This document shows, piece by piece, positions 61,879 through 64,000 of a stretch of DNA of 64,000 nucleotides. Numbering within the stretch: position 1 is the stretch's first letter; every line of letters begins with the position of its first letter. Origin of the DNA: Klebsormidium nitens (taxonomy: Eukaryota > Plantae > Klebsormidiophyceae). A model generated the notes under the pieces. The model ran no database searches. It was not told the DNA's origin and saw only the letters and a list, made by a program, of their open reading frames with translations. The translations under genes and the position numbers were made by a program. Where the stretch lies: assembly GCA_000708835.1 (NCBI GenBank), contig DF237064.1, positions 127,718-191,717 on the forward strand, written 5' to 3'.

Positions 61879-61946
61879 GGGGTTAGTTTGGGGGTTAGGG
61901 TGGGTTGGGGTGCGGAACGGGTGATTTTGTAGGTTAGGGTTTTAGT
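61879..61946. promoter_or_regulatory. Telomere-like (telo-box, AAACCCTAA) degenerate repeats upstream of KLHDC4
   Basis: GGGTTAGTTTGGGGTTAGGG and GGTTAGGGTTTTAG lie ~600 bp upstream of the KLHDC4 ATG. A regulatory role is inferred from plant telo-box precedent only. Confidence 0.35.
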
Positions 61947-62164
61947 GTTATTGCCGGAGCTTACTATTGCTACAACTCACTATTGCTAAATTGGGGGTCG
62001 CTCGGAGTAGGTACGGTACGGTAAGCCGGTACCCACTCAGTCATGCCAGAGATCCGGTCACAAGCTCGCGCGCCGGCCCCATTGCGCGCAGCGCGGGGGC
62101 GCGACCAACGGTACGTCAGCTTCGAGGCGCGGTCGCCGCGCGGCGTTCGTTTGGGCTCGATGAT

Positions 62165-62582
62165 CGCAAGTCTTCTCTCCTCAAGTTTTATATTCGATCA
62201 GGCAATTTCGGACTAAAAGCAAGACTTCACCACGGCATACCCACTCCAGCTGTCATGTTTCGAAAGGGATGCAGATTGTGCGTAGATAACCCTCTCGAGG
62301 ACGAACACCATTTTATGCTCACGTGTTGAGCATTTAGCAAGTCGGGAGCAAGTCGCGTCAGCTTCAAGTTATGTGGGCCAACATTGAAGGGAATCTCGTT
62401 CGTCTCGGCTACTGCAATGTTTGGATATACATGGTGCTTCTCCTTTAGCTCAGCTGTTCCATTTGCTTGGAAAAGGAGAAAGTGATTGGACTCCAGAAGC
62501 AGCCTCGATAATTGATTCTGCAGTGCGACGTTATTCGCTTAGAGCGACCGGTGAGTGGAAGTTGCTTCTGACAGCAATCTAG
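62165..62582 (+). mobile_element. Decayed non-LTR retrotransposon (LINE) ORF2 C-terminal fragment
   Basis: Reads KFYIRSGNFGL...CRLCVDNPLEDEHHFMLTC*AF, resembling the CxxC...EDExHFLLxCPAY zinc-knuckle at the end of LINE ORF2. After a stop and a frameshift it continues AQLFHLLG..W....I..AVRRY...W. Confidence 0.7.
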
Positions 62583-62929
62583 ATTTTATTTGAGGAACGC
62601 ACAGCTGAAAAATTCTTTGACTTGAACCCCAATTTTCTTCATCACTAACTATCTTCATGGTCTTGCTTCAAGAAAGTGACAAGCCGATGGCAAGCCTGTG
62701 ACATTGCGGCAAACCTCCACCCCATAGAGCAAGCCGGAATTGAAGCGCTGTCCTTCGATATCCAAGGCCCACTCTTTTGCATATAATCACTACACGTCGA
62801 ATTGATAACGGCTCATATTGCTTTTCATGGCAACGCCCGTGCAAGAGCTCGCGACCATAGTATGACTGCATGCTTGCACTCAAATTGTTTGTAATATCTA
62901 TAACGTTGTCTTATGCCAATGCCAGATGT

Positions 62930-62965
62930 CCAAGCCCAAGCCCAAGCCCAAGCCTAAGCTCAAGC
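62930..62965. repeat. (CCAAGC)n hexamer microsatellite, containing repeated AGCCCA (site II-like) motifs
   Basis: CCAAGCCCAAGCCCAAGCCCAAGCCTAAGCTCAAGC. Confidence 0.85.
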
Positions 62966-64000
62966 ACGTGTCCTTTTGCATAGCACTTGATAGCGATTTG
63001 GAATAAGTCGTTACGCGCCGGTACCTTTTTCCCCTTATTTGAAAAGATCCCCCAAACTATGAAGTACGGGGCATGGGATTTTTCAACGGCCCGGCGCGAT
63101 GACTTCTCCAATTAGATTTGCCATGGCTATAGTGAGTTGATGTCGATCTCAGGCTACGAATGGATCTAGGTCCCCACACCGCCGCTGCGATCTTCTTTCC
63201 AGACTCGATTGCAACTCTAGTAGTGCGGACAAGCCAGACTCAGAGGCAAAGAAGCTTAGTATGGAATAGAACCACCGGACTCGGTTTGGGAGACCAATAG
63301 TACTGTTAGTAGCTTCCAAATCTTACAAAAAAACGGCAAGATTGAGACACAAACAATTCATGTATTTTATGAGAAGCCTATGGCGTATTTGGCTGCGGCA
63401 AGTACGAAAAGAGACCATCAGTCCCGCTCAGCCATATACGGGCGAGCAGGCGGGGAGGCATTGGGGAGAAGACCGTTCCGCTCGAGGCCCTGGTACAAGT
63501 GAGTGGATGGATTACGAGAACGGGCTCTGCGGGAGTGCATTTCCTATTAGTGAGTAGGCAGAGAATGGCGCTGAGTCAACATCCCAGCAGAATGCGGGAA
63601 GGGTGACCGGGCTTGTCATTCAAGAGTCGAAAGGATATGTAAACGGTGAGGACGGGTTCGGTCGGAGAGTGGCCGACACAGAAAGTTTGATCCGAGGAAA
63701 GCTCACATGGCACATGTGCAGCACAAAGAATGAGTGTCCGAGCAGTTGCACAATCCTTGGGAGACCCGTACCATCAAAAGGGAGGGCACTCAAGCCGAAA
63801 AGAGGAAATTGGGTTCCACAACACGCTAGATATAACGTGCTTAGGGATAAACATGATATGGTGCCAGCTGCAGCTATAGACGATGGTAGTTGAGCGTGCT
63901 CATGACAATCGCGAGAGCTATATAGACTGATATGACCATGCATGCATGTATGCATGCAAGGGCGCACGAGCTATAGGCCTGGCCAGCATTCATATACATA

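Noticed and set aside
1-64000. Functional gene cluster linking the seven genes
   Set aside because: The genes cover unrelated processes (rRNA processing, plastid NDH, GPI remodelling, metal chaperoning); nothing suggests more than ordinary neighbourhood.

Overview
Eukaryotic nuclear DNA with many GT-AG introns and GC3-rich exons. The gene set, including a nuclear ndhL, points to a streptophyte alga. A Klebsormidium-like species is my inference, not confirmed. I could splice seven multi-exon genes by hand: APUM23/NOP9 (-, runs off the left edge), ndhL (+), ERH (-), a 27-exon ~1670-aa GlmS-like fusion protein (+), PGAP3/PER1 (+), a CobW/COG0523 GTPase (-) and KLHDC4 (-). There is also a TA-flanked MITE, a decayed LINE 3' end and several tandem repeats. 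Three things stand out. (1) Introns in three genes carry about 20 degenerate copies of the adjacent exon end with its splice site ('exon echoes'), with acceptor copies upstream and donor copies downstream of the real exon. (2) The membrane-anchored GlmS-like protein has its Ntn catalytic Cys buried ~218 residues in, directly behind an HExxH peptidase-like membrane domain, and appears to lack the isomerase catalytic Glu. (3) The CobW gene has an in-frame TAG inside its conserved C-terminus, followed by 27 more coding-like codons. I saw no rRNA, tRNA, snRNA or CRISPR array. All alignments were done by eye, and comparisons to known proteins are from memory.
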